The notes: generated by a model not told the origin, from the letters alone. Positions 26,521-40,100 are shown, counted from the stretch's first letter. The stretch is DNA of 64,000 nucleotides from Cyanophora paradoxa CCMP329 (GCA_004431415.1 QPMI01000277.1:1-64000); one strand, 5' to 3'. Program-made: numbers and translations.

Positions 26521-29500
26521 ATGGCGACCCTGCCGCGTTCGGTGAGCGTGCGGCTCTCCCCGGCGCACGCTGCGGCCGGCCGTCCGCCGGCCCGCTCGAA
26601 CCGGCGGCGAAACTAGATCGCCGCGCTCGAAAGCTGACACTTGCCGCAGTCCAAGTTTCGTCACGTCTTTGCGCCGCCGCCGAAGCCCGAGGGCTCTTAT
26701 ATCAATCTCAAGGTGCCCGCATGTTCTCTGCTGCCCGCTTCCTGCCGCGAACGGGTCGACGTGCCCGCCGGCGCACCCGCGCACGATGCCCGCCGGCTTG
26801 GGCATGCGGGCGCACGATGCCAGCAGTTCACTGGGTCTCCCCGCAGCCGAACTTGAATCCTTGGGACAGCAACAACATCAAAGTAAGTCGAATTCTCGCG
26901 TGTGCCATATGCACGGCCTGCGTCTGCAGCCGACGCCCGCCGCTCTCCCTTCTGCACCCCCGAGCTCGTTTCCAAGTTGACGTTCTGGCGTGTGCAGGGA
27001 TCACTCCGCTGGTTCGCCTTCCCATGGAGCGTCGGCGGCGGCGGCGCTCTCGCAGTGCTCTCTTATGGCGACACCGGCAAGAAAGCCACGCAGCCACCAA
27101 TGCTGCGGGGCCATTCTGGAGCCATCTTGGATTTCGATTTCTGCCCCTTCAACGACAGCGTGCTTGCAACCGGGTCCGAAGACTGCAATGTGAAGGCGCG
27201 CGTCGTTACATCCTTAGCAGTTTAGCTGTGGGCTAATGTGCCGCTCCGAGGCAGCTCTGGGTGATCCCCGAAGGCATGACGGAGTCTATGGAGGGCTCGA
27301 CGGCAACCCTGGAGGGACACAGCAAGAAGGTTGGGACAGTGGACTTCAATCCCGTCGTCAACATGCTGGCAACCACTGGCTTTGACCTCACCCTGAAAGT
27401 CTGGGACGTCGCCGCGTGCCAGTGCTCGATCTCTCTTGACGTGCTCAGTTTGTGTCGTCGCGTCGTCGATCTTTAAGCTAAGCGACTGGCAGGCAAGCGT
27501 GCTGGGCGTTGGCAAGGAAGTTCAGAGTGTAAGCTGGAGCTACGACGGGGCGCGCCTGGCGCTCTTCAGCAAAGATAAAGCCATGCGCCTGGTGGACCCG
27601 AGGGCGGGACCTGCCGCGCTCGCAGCAGAAGTTCGCGATGCGCATGCTGGGCCCAAGGGAGGCCGCGTCCTCTGGCTCGGGTCGTCTGGCCGCCGTGAGC
27701 TCTGCTGGGCTGACGAGGGCGGCCAGTTACGCTGACGAGCTGTGCTCGCAGTGTTCACGACAGGCTTCAGCAGGAACGCGGAGCGGCAGAGTTCGTGATA
27801 ACTGAGCGGATGTTGGCGTTTGCCTGACGCTGCCTTTCGCAGTGGCGCTTTGGGACCCCGCAAAGCTCGATCAGGTCAGAGTTGTATGGTGCTGCCTCAC
27901 AGGCGGCGCCGGCTGATGCCTGTGCAGCCTCTGTCTATGGAAACGATCGACCAGAGCGCCGGGATGATGATGCCCTTCTACGATGAGGACACCTCCCTCC
28001 TTTTCCTCGGTGGCAAGGTGCGTGCAAACGGCTTGCGGGGGCCCTTGTGCGCGGGGGTACCAACAGCGGGCTGCCTCGCAGGGCGACGGCAACATGCGCT
28101 ACTACGAGCTTGACGGGGACGCTCTGCACTTCTGCGCCGACGTGCCCCACCCTCCCCGCTATGTTGCCACTCGCCAACGAGCCGCCCGCAGTACAAGTCG
28201 AGCGTGCCGCAGCGCGGCCTCTGCCTTCTTCCGAAGCGCGTCTGCGACTCGACAAAGAACGAGGCGCGCGGCTGCCGTTCGGGCAGGTTGTCCAAATCCC
28301 TCCCGCCCTCTCACTGGCCGATGCAGATCTGCCGCATCCTGAAGCTGACGAACAACTCGGTCGAACCGCTCATGTTCTCCGTCCCCCGCCGCGTGCGCGT
28401 CGCCCCACCCATAGCGTCTCCGCGCACTCAGCCCAGGCCGCAGGGCGATGCCTTCCAAGAGGACCTGTACCGTGCGTGCTTGCGCCCTGCTCCCGTCGCG
28501 CGTTGATTTGAATGCCGCTCTCCGCAGCCGACTGCTTCAATGGGGAGGCGAGCCTGACGTCTTCGGAGTGGCTCGCTGGAGGCTCCAGCCGTCCAAAGAA
28601 GGCGCCGTTCCGCCAAGCGGGCGAGGCTACCCCCCGGGACAGCAGCGCCGGCTTCCAGACCCGCCTGGCAACCCCATCTCCGACTCCGACGCCCGGCATC
28701 ATCCCGGCACCGTCTCCGTCAGCCGCGCGCCCGCAGTCCGACTCACCCACACAGAGCGTGCGCGCCTCGCCAGCCGCGCGCGGGCCGGTGGCTCATTTTG
28801 ATCGCAGGGGAAAGACTCGGGTCGGGACGTGGAGGAGCTTCAGGGGCAGCTGAGCCGGACGCAGTCGCAGCATGCGTCCGAGGTCGCACGGCTGCAGGCA
28901 CAGCACGCTGCCGAAATTCGCCGGTTGCAGGTGCTCCTTACCCCGCCGCACGATGCATCGGCTTCTCACCGCTGCCCAGGACGAGTTGGAGCAGGCGAAA
29001 GGCAAGCTGAAGGCGGCGCAGCGAACGGAGGGCGAGCTTCGGGTCTCGTTGGAGGCGGCGGAGGCGGAGAAGAAGTCGCTCCAGGAACGGCTGCACACGG
29101 CGGAGCGGGAAAAGGCTGCTCTCGTCGATCGGGTGCCCCAATGGCACGCGATCCCCACTAGGGCGAGGCCCACTGACCCCTGGACCGTTCCCAGGCGGAG
29201 CGCGCGGCGGCTGCAGCGACCGCGCTCCAAGCGGGATCTGCGGCTGCTGCGAAGGCCTCGGCGGCGAGTCCGGGGAGCGAGAGGACAGCAGCGCGCTCCT
29301 CCGGCGGCAGGCGGGACCTCGAAGCCCTCCGGAAGGCAGCCCCAAACCACACCTCGCCTGCGGTGGCACCTCTGACTGGCGGACGCAGCTCGAGGCCGAG
29401 CAGGCGGAGCGGCTACAGAAGCGGGAACAGGAGAACATTGCGAAGCTGAAGCAGCTGAAGCTGGACATCGCGGTGAAGGACGCGCAGATCAAGCAGCTCG

Positions 29501-29547
29501 TCGAGCGCCTCGCATGCGCCGAAATCGCTCGGGAGAACGTCAACTAG
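26521..29547 (+). CDS. CORO: Coronin (WD40 actin-binding protein) with a long C-terminal coiled coil
   Basis: SKFRHVF, WSVGGGGAL, LRGHSGAILDFDFCPFNDSVLATGSEDC, LEGHSKKVG, HAGPKGGRVLW, MPFYDEDTSLLFLGGKGDGNMRYYE, PQRGLCLLPKR, FSVPRR|GDAFQEDLY. Confidence 0.95.
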
Positions 29548-29982
29548 CTAGCGCTTGCGGGCGATTAATATTCGCGTCCATGATCAGTCGTGCTCGCATG
29601 TACCGGGTCCTTATAAATCCACCTTGTCGAGGTTGCGAGGCGTTCAATTTGAAGGTCCCGACTGTGCACCTTGCAATTGTCATGATCAAGGTGACGAGGG
29701 GTACCCAGACACAGCCTAAGGGCCTTGTGGGCCAAGCCGACTCGCCGAGTGCCCTGAGGCTGCCGCAGCTGTCGCCACAACGCGTTTGCGAGAAGTCGGA
29801 AGCTCGCAGCGTCCGCCCCGGGCGCCGGCAGTAGTCAATCAGCTAGGAGCTGGCAGCCCGAGCTGGAGCTGGATCTAGGAGCCCGCGTCGCTGTCGCGTG
29901 GAGCTGCAGTTACGCCGGCTGCGCGTTGTACCGCTTGCTGGACGAGCGGTCCGGGTGCCCCGTATAGCAGCGCCAAGCGGCC

Positions 29983-32900
29983 ATGGTTCGTGCACCTTGG
30001 CACTCTGTCTGTCTATCGCTAACAGGGCGGTACGCGCAGGGAAACGCCTTCAAAAAGGACGAGGACAGGTTCGCGCTTGGACGTCCTCGTCTTCGCTCTT
30101 CCCTCAACCGCGCGGCAGATGGGAAATGCAGTACGTGAAGCCGACGGGCCTCTACTCCGAATGCCACTGGGATGAGAAGGCGAGCTGCCCGCCGGACCGC
30201 TTGGGCTTTTGGCTCTGTATGGGCCGTTTAGTCTCGGGACGCCGGCTGGGACTAACCCTCTGGACTCGGAGAGCTGCTAGCTATAGCGCGCTGTGCCGGC
30301 TCTTAAGCTTGCAGCAATTAATTCTTTCAAAGATCGTGAAGAAGCTCATCTTGGACCGGAAGCTGGCGCCACGGTATGCCTTCCATTTCTTTTGCCGCGT
30401 TTCTTGTTGTGCAGCTGACGGCTTCGTAGGATGCTCGGTTCGGAGGAGGCGTTTCCTGGATCAGAGGAGTGTCCAATTTGTTTGCTTCACTATCAGCTCG
30501 TGAACAGAAGCCGCTGCTGTAAGAAGCCGATTTGTACGGAATGTTTTCTGCAGATCAAGCGCCCCGTACGCCTCCCGCCGCGATTGAAAGCTGGAGCTAA
30601 ACGCGCTTTGCAGAACTCGGGCCGGACGACGTACTGCCCGTTCTGCAACGCGCATAGATACGGAGTGGTGTACCTGGGGCCGATGTCCGAAGACGATCGA
30701 AGAAAAGCCCAGGAGGTGCACTGGAGCATCTTCCTTTAACGACAGCCCTGACGCGTTGGGATTGCAGGAGGAACAACGTGTGCTGGAGCTGAAAATCGCG
30801 ATGCAGGCGGAGGAGGCGCGCGCTGAGCAGGAACGCGCGCTACGGCGAGCGAAGGATGGTGGCGTGTCGTCTTCACCATCACTCACTCATCCTTCCAACC
30901 GGGCGGTTAGCTAGCCTTCCATTTTCTTGCGCGATGCCTCCTGCTGATGCTTCTCTGTCAACAGATCCCGTCATCCTCTGCTTCGCCACACGGAGCGGCC
31001 GCGGAGTCGTCACGGGGCTTGGCGCACGGGCGCGGGAGCAATACCGCATCGCCACTCCAGGCCCCGAGCGGGCCGCCGCCAGAATTCTTCCTGCCCGAGA
31101 GCGTTGCGGCGAGGCAGCGGGAGATGGCGTCGCGGCGGGAGCAGGAGAGGAGGGAGCGGGGCGGGGCGGAGGTGCCTGCCTGGCTGCAGGGCCTGGACGG
31201 CGTCGACGTCGACGAGCTGATGCTCATGCAAGCCATCCACCTCTCCCTCCTCGACCAGAGCCCCATCGCCGAGGAACCTCCGCCCGCCCGCGAGCTCTCC
31301 CCCGCCTCGCCCTCGCAGCCGGCCCCGGCCCCGGCCGTGTCCAGCGAGCCCCTGCCCTCCTCTTCGAGCGCGGCCGCCGCGCCGGCGGCTGCAGTGGCGG
31401 TAGCGGCGGCGCGCCTCGCATCGGTACCGTCAGCGGGGGTGGGCAGCCAGACGCCGGAGCGGGAGCGGGAGCGGGAACGGGAGCGGATGCTCGCCCTCAT
31501 GCTGGGGGGCGACGAGGCGCCGGCGCCCCGCGTGCAGGCCGAGTCGTCCAGCCAGCGGCGGGCCGGCGGCGGGCCGGCGGGCCGCGTGCGGCGGTACCTG
31601 GCGCGGATGGCGGGCCGCGGGCGGCCGGACGACCGGGACGCCTTCGTCGTGCATGCCGGCGGCTCTGACGACGAAGACGAGGAGGAAGACGAGGAGGAAG
31701 AGGAGCCTGCATACGGCCGGGCCGGTAGCTACAACTACGGATACGAAAGCGATGAGGACAGCGAGCAGCGGCGCGCTGCGGCGGCGGCCGCAGGCTCGGT
31801 GCGGCGCGCGCGGCGGCGATGGGCGAGGGCGCGCGCTGAACGTCGGCGCAGGTGGTGTACGACCCCGAGTTCTTCGACCGGCACGGAGCGCACCTCCTCC
31901 TGCCCTCGGACCGGGCCGGCAGCAGCCTCGAGGCCCGCGAGGTGAGGCTGCCGAGGGCGCCGCGCCCTTCGCCGGGCTCAGGCGGCTCAGACGGCGCACG
32001 GGCGGGTGGTGGGGTCCGGAGCGCGGCGTCGGGTGGTGTACCGGCGGGATGGAGAGGAGGACGAGGTGGGCGCCGACGACCACGAGGGCGGGGGCGACGA
32101 CGAGGCTCTCTCCCCGATCGCCACCCCGCCCTTCGCCGCCACCGCCGGCGCCTTCGCGGGCGGCTCCCCGCAGCGGCCCGGCGGAGCCGCCTCGAACCCC
32201 GCCCACGGAGGTGCGCCCGCCCAGCGATCTCCGGCCACAGGGCGCCGTCCCCTGGGCGGGGCCCCGTGAACGAGCTGAGCGGCCCGGGCGGGTCGCAGGG
32301 GTGGAGATGGACGAGGAGGCCCAGCTCGCGCTCGCCCTGAGGCTCTCTCTCCTCACGGCCGAGCAAGAGGAGGTCCGCACCGATCCGCGGCCGCCCCGCA
32401 CGCCTGCTCGCCCGGCGCGGCTGGGCTCGCTGACCCGACTCCAGGCGGAGCGGCGGATGCTGGGCGAAGCCGGTGTGCTCCCGTTGCAGGACGCGGCGCA
32501 CGAGCAGGACCCCGCGTCATTACTGGCCGGGGCGGCGCCAGCCCCTGCGAACCTCGAGGCGGCATCAACAGCCCCGGCCGAAGATCGGGGTGCGGCTGCA
32601 GCCGGCTCGGGGAGCCCGCGCCAGGCTGCCGTGGCCGAGGATGCGCACGGGGGCGCGGGGTTCGAGGACGCCGCGTTCCCCCCGTTGGAGGACGCGCAGG
32701 TTGGTGTGCTGCCCCGCACACCGTCCCCTCTCCCCAGCCCGCGGCTGGAGACCCTCTCTCCGGGGCTCCTGTCGCGGCCGATGGCCTTCGGGGAAGGGCC
32801 CAGCAGCCCGCTGGTCATCGCCCCGAGCCCACTTCCGATGTCGCCCGTGCGGCTGAAGTCCGCGCCCCCCAGTGCGACTGTCTCGGCCTCGCAGCCACCC

Positions 32901-33107
32901 GCTGCCCCCGACCCCATCTCGTTGCCCTCGGCAGCAGAAACCCATACCGCCTTCGTAGTCGTCATCGCGGACGACGGGCGAGGAACAGGCGGCGAATCTT
33001 CTTCATCGGAGCCAAGCTACGTGGGGCCCCTCAAGGACCTTCCTTTGGCCGAGCCTCCTCCGGCTCCGGATTTGGATGCGCAGCCCGCGCAAGAAGAGCA
33101 GCAGTAG
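29983..33107 (+). CDS. DA2/GW2/Sip5-like RING-type E3 ubiquitin ligase with UIM-like motifs
   Basis: M|GNAFKKDEDR|WEMQYVKPTGLYSECHWDEK|IVKKLILDRKLAPR, EECPICLLHY..NRSRCCKKPICTECFLQIK, CPFC. UIM-like DELMLMQAIHLSL and DEEAQLALALRLSL. MG N-terminus suggests myristoylation. Confidence 0.88.
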
Positions 33108-33260
33108 TAAAATCTCACGGGGACAAGTGCTCCGTGCTGATATTCTGTCTATCTTTTTTCTTTCTGCTTTTTACATCTTGACTAAGGACTGCAAATGATA
33201 CAAGAAAAAAGCAAACAGCAACGAGAATCAAACGGACTCCGGGAGGGGGGCTCAGGCAGA

Positions 33261-35363
33261 TTAACTGTCGATGCGCATGGCCCAGTGGAAGTCTTGAACT
33301 GGTGGCGAAACATTGTTGATCTGTACACTCGCACAGCTGCCTAGGAAGTGCTGTTCACTTGCGCTTTGAAGTCTTCTTGCTCGCGGCCTTCGAAGTCGAT
33401 TCCGAATTTACTGCGGCCGATGCTGGGAGAAAATCAGGGAGGGACGAATCCACAGAGAAAAAAAACGCACGCTTGGTGGAGAGCGCGCCCGCCTCCGGAG
33501 GTGGGCTTACTGAATCTTTCCCAGCGGGTGCATTCGTCACACCCACAGAAGATTCCGCATTCGGCTTCAGCACGGCGGCATCAGAGGAAGACGTTGCCGC
33601 AGAGGTTGCCGTTACGGGCTTCTTGGCCGCAGCCTTGTCCGCTGCAGCCTTGGCCTCCGCGGCCGCCTTGGCATCCGCGGCCACTTTGGCATCTGCCGCC
33701 GCCTTGTCCGCTGCAGCCTTGGCCTCCGCGGCCGCCTTGGCATCCGCCGCCGCCTTGTTCGCTGCAGCTTTGGCCTCCGCGGCCGCCTTGGCATCCGCCG
33801 CCGCCTTGCTTGCTGCAGCCTTGGCCTCCGCGGCCGCCTTGGCATCCGCCGCCGCCTTGCTCGCTGCAGCTTTGGCCTCCGCGGCTGCCTTTGCATCCGC
33901 CGCCGCCTTGTCCGCTGCAGCCTTGGCCTCCGCGGCCGCCTTGGCATCCGCCGCCGCCTTGGTCTCCGCCGCCGCTTTGTCTGCTGCAGCCTTGGCCTCC
34001 GCGGCCGCCTTGTCCGCGGCCTTCTCTATCGCCTTGTGCTCCTCCGCGGCCTTAGCCCTGGCCTCTGCCTCCGCCGCCGCACGCAGAGCCTCCTCTTCCT
34101 TTCGGCGGCGCTCTTCCTCCTCTTTCTGAAAGAGACATTAAGCGTGCGTGACAACAAAAGATCGGGAGCTCGAGCGCACCTTTTGGCGACGCTCCTGTTC
34201 GAGCTTCACTTCCGCCTCCTCCCGAGCACGGCGAGCGGCTTCACTTTCCGCCGAAGGGGCAGCACCAGAGGGACCCGCCATGCGCCGGATGCTCGTCTCA
34301 TATTGCTGAGAAACTGATGTTCAGAATCGAATTGCTCGCACTTGGGAGGCAAACAGCACGCGCACTTTCTGAGAGTCAGATTCCCCCCACGAAGCGTCGA
34401 TGGTGATCTCTTCCGAGTCACCATGAGGAATCATTCGGCGATTCTCTTGCACTGACTCCCATTGCAGGATCTCTGCGACGTTGTCCGTTCGGACCCTGAG
34501 ACGGTTGTTTAGAAAACAAAATGAGAAAGAAAACACGCGAGTTAGCGAAGGTACATGCCCAAGTAGCGATACAATGTTTAGGATACGCTAAGGCGCTCAA
34601 GCTGTAGTCTACTCGTCCTTCTCGGCGCTAACTTTATACATCAGGACAATGCGGCGCTCAGGCTTTCGTGCGAGTGCCACGATTGCATAAAAGAAAACAA
34701 ATGAGCGCACTTCACGAACTTGAATCTGAAGAGGGAACCGGTTATGGATGCCAAGTTGAGGAGAGAAAAAGGTCAACGAGGAAAGACGCACTCGACGGGG
34801 TGACCACCGCGCAGATGCAAAGGAGCCTCTGTTCGCCAGATTGGGTATGTATCAGAGCAGGTCTGCGCGCCGAAGCAAGGAATCACCAATCGCCGGATTT
34901 CGGACGCCCGTCATCAGGGGACCGGGTGCGCGTATCAGCGGCGGCCTATGGCGTTGCATAGAAACTAAATCACTACGGGGGGCCGGACCATGGAGGTCTG
35001 CGCGGCGTATGTCAGACGTCCGGTCAGACCGCGAAGGGCGAGGCGCAAGAGCGCAGGCGCACAGGAGTCTTCCAGCCGCCAAGGAGCGCATCGTCGCCGC
35101 AGATTCCGACGCTCTCTGCCGCGGCCGGCGGAGACATCAGCGCACCGGCCAACGTGCCAACGGTGCGCGGACAACGCTCGCGGGCCGAAACGGTTTTATG
35201 TCAAGCGCTTTGTTGTGGTTTAAATGCTCCAACGCCGCGGTCGGGGTTCCGGGGAGAAATGCCGCGGCGCACCACCAAGCTTCGTCTCCGCTCTTACGGC
35301 AAACTTGACGGCGTAGGTGCTCTTCAGCCCCGGCGCGGCTTCGTTTAGATCGAACGTCCTCAT
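33261..35363 (-). CDS. CBM20 (starch-binding) protein with coiled coil and long Ala/Lys repeat
   Basis: Spliced N-terminus MRTFDLNEAAPGLKSTYAVKFAVRAETKLG|ESVGICGDDALLGGW..TYPIWRT..ILQWESVQENRR..ITIDASWG matches the CBM20 pattern. It is followed by an E/R/K helix and (KAAAEAKAAAD)n at about 33610-34080, ending DFHWAMRIDS*. Confidence 0.8.
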
Positions 35364-35700
35364 CGCTGCTTGCTGCAATTAGCGCTCTGCCTGCCCCTTC
35401 TCAGGGGTACGCCCCTAACTGCCTCTTTTCGGGGGTACGTCCCCTAAGCGACCATCGGCTGCATGCCCAGCGCCACGCTCTTCCAACCAACGTTCAAACC
35501 GCGCTTTCCAAGCTTTCCAAGCGCAGTCTTTGCCATCTGCCATTTGGGGTTTGCGCCGGCGGGGTACTTCAGACCGGATTGGTGGGTACGCGTACGCGAA
35601 TCGAATGCAGACGCCATCCTTAAGCTTGTTCGCCAAGCTAGCTGCCGTCTAGCGTGCCTTAGGGGAGGAAGCGTGACCGCATCGTTCATTCCGGTTCACG

Positions 35701-38700
35701 ATGGAGCTCGATGTGTCTTTTCCGCGCCAGCTGCTCTGGCTCTTGAAGCTCTCAGGTGCGCTACGCCTGCTTTCCATACTGCGCCGTCCATCAAGCGTGC
35801 CGTATGCGTAGAAGCGGCCGACTTCCCCTACCGCCTTCTCCGGCTTGTGCTGAGAGAGAAAGCGATCTTGAACCTGCAACGAGTCAGCGCGGCGCTGGCT
35901 CCTCAGGCTGCGCATGGGGATGTCGACGGGCCGCCGGGCTCGGTTCGCAAGGAGCGCGACGAGCAGCGGACGGAGGTGGCAGCGGAGATTCAAAGACTGC
36001 GGTACGCCGACCGTGTCCCACAACTGCGCCGCGCTACTAGCCTGTAGCTCGGCCACATGCGGCAGCCGCCGCCTCCGCCGCCGCCGCCGCCGCTGCTGCT
36101 GCTGCTGCTGCCGCCGCCGCCGCCGCTAGTGTTGATGCACGGCCACCATCAGGGCTGAGAATCGGAGGGAATTCGTAAGAGCCTCTCAATGTGCGTCAGA
36201 GCCCGAGAGAACCGGCGATTTAGTCTACGCGTGGTCTCTCTAAATGTGAAGCGGGGAAGGATATCTCCAGGAAGTCTCTCAGGCTCTTGGCAGATATCCA
36301 GGAAGGCGGGGCGGGCGGGGCGACGATCCGGGCTGTGGAGGATCGAGCAATCGGCGAATCGCTCGTGCGGCCCCTCGCCATCCTCAAGGCGCTGCAGGAG
36401 GACACGGTCACGGCGGCGGCCCTGCGCAACGCAGCAGGCGATGTGGCGTCTGGCTTTGATGACGCTGAGCTGAAGGAGGTGCGGGGTTTTTTACGGCCAA
36501 GTCTCTGCGGGCGCGCTCAACCTTCCCTCAGCGCCTGATCGCGCACCTGCACACGGAGCTCGTCGCGAATCTGCTACAAGTGGCCGCGGAGGCGCGGCCT
36601 GCGGCAGGGGTCGCGACCCCGGCAGCGTCGCCTGCGAGGACGTTCATGACTCCCGGAGAGAAGGCGCAGCGTTCAACAGAGGTGCATCCCTCTCCCTTGA
36701 GCGCGCCCCTTTCTTCCACGCGACCCCGCGCCGTGCCCGAACATTCGTTCGCTGATCTTCCGCTCTCTTTCAAGGTCCTGCTCGTTCCGGAGGCACGTGC
36801 GACCGTGCCTGCAAGCCCGCCTGCCGCTGGAGCTCAGAACCCTGCCGGCGCCGTGCACCACAAGCGCCGTCTCGAGTTCGAGGAGCCGAGGCGCCCGCAG
36901 GCCGACGCCCACGGCCCTCCTCCGCCCCGTAGCGGGGACGAAGACCGCACCCCACCCGGACAAACAGTTTCAGAAGCTGCCAGCACAGATGCCTCCATAC
37001 AGACGATGGCGCTCTCGCCGCAGGCCAGTCCTGCAGCGCCAGCGCATGTCAGCCCCGCGCGGCAGCCAGAGGCGGCAGCAGCGCGCAAGCCCCAGACAAC
37101 GGACGCGGCCACGAGCCCGCAGCAGGGCGCCTCAAGGAGTCATGCGTCAACTAGCCCGCTGCCATCCCCCCGGCCTCCGTCGCCGTCTCCACGCAACGAA
37201 CCGGCTCTCGAACCACTCGTGTTCGTTCCTGGCGACACCGGGCCAGAGGGCGCACCAGAGAGCGTTCCGACGACGGCGCGGAGTTCCGAGATCCCGTTCA
37301 GCGACAACAGGAGATCCACACACACCCAAACTGAGCACTACGGGCAGTGTGCCTGTCACCCAGACCCGCGATTTGGCCCCTTGTTCTGACACGAGGACGG
37401 GCAGGTGGCTGGTGAGGCTCGCCGTCTCCGAGATAGAACGCCATGGCCAGGACAAGGACATCTCCAGGGCGTTGGAGCGTATGAGAGAAAGAGTACGTGC
37501 CCAGCTCCAGCGGTCCGGCGCCGGCTGACGCGGATACACGCGGGCAGGTGAAGCAGCTGCACAGGGAACGCGCCGAGGCAGAGATTCTCGCAGCCAAGGA
37601 GCGGGATCAGCGCCAGCAGCTCGAGTTGAAATGTCTGGAGCTCCAGGGCCGGCTTGAGGCGCGCTTCGGACCCGGGGTCCCCCAAGAGCGTGCTGGCCGC
37701 GACGCGACGCGCGGCGAGGGATCGGCGCGGGCGGCCCTGGTCGACGAAGGCGCGCTGGAGAGCAAGATCCGGTGCTCTGCGCTCGCTTGCGGGGGCGTGC
37801 GTTGCGGGGGGCGCTGACATGGCTCGCAGAGAGCTGAGGGCGGAGCGCGCGGTGTCGCAGCGGGATCTGGTGAAGAGCCGCGCGGAGGCGGAGGCTTTGA
37901 GAGCGGAGGCTGCCGAGCGGCAGAGGGAACTCGCGCTCGCGGGCGAGAGAATCGAGGGGCTGAAAAAGGCACTGCAATCCAAGGTAAGGACGCCGCCGGC
38001 CCCGGCCGCGGGGCGTGTCTTAGGGCCGGACAGGGCGAGATGGTGGAGCGGCTCTGCCAGGAGAAGAGCGACGTGAAGGCCCTCGTCGCCTCCCTCCAGG
38101 GCGAGTGGGAGGAGAAGGACACGGGCGCCAGGGCCGCCCAGGTGCCCCCGCCGGCTTCGTCGCGCTCCTCGTCGGCGCCGCTGCTCCTGACCTGCCCCTT
38201 CCACCAGGCGGAGCTCGAGTCGCGCGGCCGGGCCCTGGAGCGTGCGCTTGCTGCGGCTGCGGAGCACGAGCAGAACATCGTCAGCCTGCGTTCGAGTCTG
38301 CGGGAGGCGGCGGCTGCGGCAGCAGCGGCGCAGCGGGACGCGTCTGCGGCGCGGGCGCAGCTGCTGGCCCAGTCTTCAGAACTCACGGTCCTCCGAAAGA
38401 CGGCGGAGCGGGGCGCGGCGACGCCTGCAGAGCGTGAGTGCGTGGAGTTGCGGGCGGCAGCGACCGAGCTCCAGGTTAGGCTGCAGGCGGCATCCGCTGC
38501 CGCGGAAGAGGCGGCGGGCCTGCGGGCGTCGCTTGAGGCGGCCGAGGGGCGGCTTGCGGCGCTCGAGAGCCGCGAACGGGAGCTCGAGCTGGCCCGCTCG
38601 GAGGCCGTAGCGCGGGCCCAGGAGATTGCCGCGGCGCGCGCAGACCTCCTCCAGCTCTCGGGGCAAGTGGCATCGCTGCGCAAGGAGGCGGCGGCCCGGG

Positions 38701-39326
38701 AGGGGCTCCTTGAAGCGGCCCGCTCCGAGATCTCCTCTCTCGAGGCCGAGCTCGCAGACCGGTGCGGGCTTCCCGCCGTCCCCGCCCGACGCGCGAGCTT
38801 GACCGCTTCGCACAGCTACGCGGAACTGATAGCCCACGCGGAGGCATCGGCGTGCGTCCTTTGCTGCTGCGCTGCACGCCTGCCGCGGGCCGACTCCGGG
38901 GCAGGAACGTGGAGAGGCTTCGCTCCGAGCTTGCGGAGAAGCAGGCGGAGACGGCTGGCATCGAGACGATGCTGGGCGAGAAGGACGAGGAGCTCAACGT
39001 CGCCCGCGACCGTCTTAAGGCTCGCGCCCGCCACCCACGTTTCGCCCGCGGCGCAGACGAACCGTCGGGCCGCAGGCGCTCGAGGCGAGGATTGCGGCGC
39101 TGGCCCCGCCGTCGGCACGGTGCGCCCTCAACCATCCCGCGTGACCCCACGCGTTCAGGAACGGCCCTCACCATAACCCCGTGCCAGCCGCGGTAGCACC
39201 TCGCAGCGGGCCGCCGAATCAGAGGTTGGGATTCTGCAGGCGAGCGTGGCCGCCCGGGACGAGAGTATTGCGAAGCTGCGGGCCGAGCTAGCCCAGGCCC
39301 AGGCCGCCATCGTGCGCCCGCGGCCG

Positions 39327-39357
<31 letters not shown>

Positions 39358-39820
39358 CGGCCAGGATCACCCAAGGCCGACGGCTTTGCACAGGCCAAAT
39401 ACAGGAACGAGCTCGACTCGCGAGAGATCGACGTCGCCCAGCTCAAGTCCGACCTGAAGCTCAATCTCAGCAAGCTTGAGACCATGAAGGCGCTGCAAAC
39501 CCGGCGTACGATTGTCACCTTTATTGTTCCGCTCATCGCCCCGGCAGATCGCACTCGGTGACCTTGGGGCTGAAAACAACCGCCTGATGCGTACGCCCCC
39601 TCGATCTGTTCGCACTCGTGTGCCTGCTTGACCCAGGGAGGCAGGATATGTCAACGAGGCGCAAGAAGCGCGGGCGGCGTTCGAGAGGCTTAAAAGGGGG
39701 AAGGCGAGCTCGGAGATCAAAAGCGCCGAGCTGGCAGAGAGATTGCAGCTAGCGGAGAGCGAGCTGCAGCAGCTTAAAACTCGAGCGCCCCAGGGATCAT
39801 CAGGAGTTGCAGCCCGGTAG
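35701..39820 (+). CDS. Large coiled-coil protein of unknown function, multi-exon
   Basis: MELDVSFPRQLLWLLKLS, a P/S/A-rich linker (36580-37340), then many E/A/R/L heptad-rich exons to TAG 39818-39820. Confidence 0.7.
36065..36126. repeat. Compound (CCG)n(CTG)n(CCG)n microsatellite, probably intronic
   Basis: Read directly from the sequence. Confidence 0.9.
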
Positions 39821-40100
39821 AGATGGCGCCCCCTTCCCCCACACGGCGCCATTTCTTCCGATCCGTTCCCTGCTCCCCCCCTCCCCTCCCTCGTCCCCCC
39901 CCCCCCCCCCCCCCCTTCCCCTACTCCCATCCCCCCCTCTCCCCTACTCTCCATCCCCCCCCCCCCCCTCTCCCCTACTCCCCCCCCCCCCCCCCCCCCT
40001 CCCCCCGCCCTCCAACACCATCTTGCAGTTTCGACGGGCCAGCTTTCTTAAACGGCCCACTGGAGAGTCAGACGCGCTTTTGCAGCAGTGGAGGGGTGGG

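Noticed and set aside
33348-34129. Plus-strand poly-Ala and Pro/Trp repeat ORFs
   Set aside because: Antisense shadows of the (KAAAEAKAAAD)n exon of the CBM20 gene, whose splice sites are on the minus strand.
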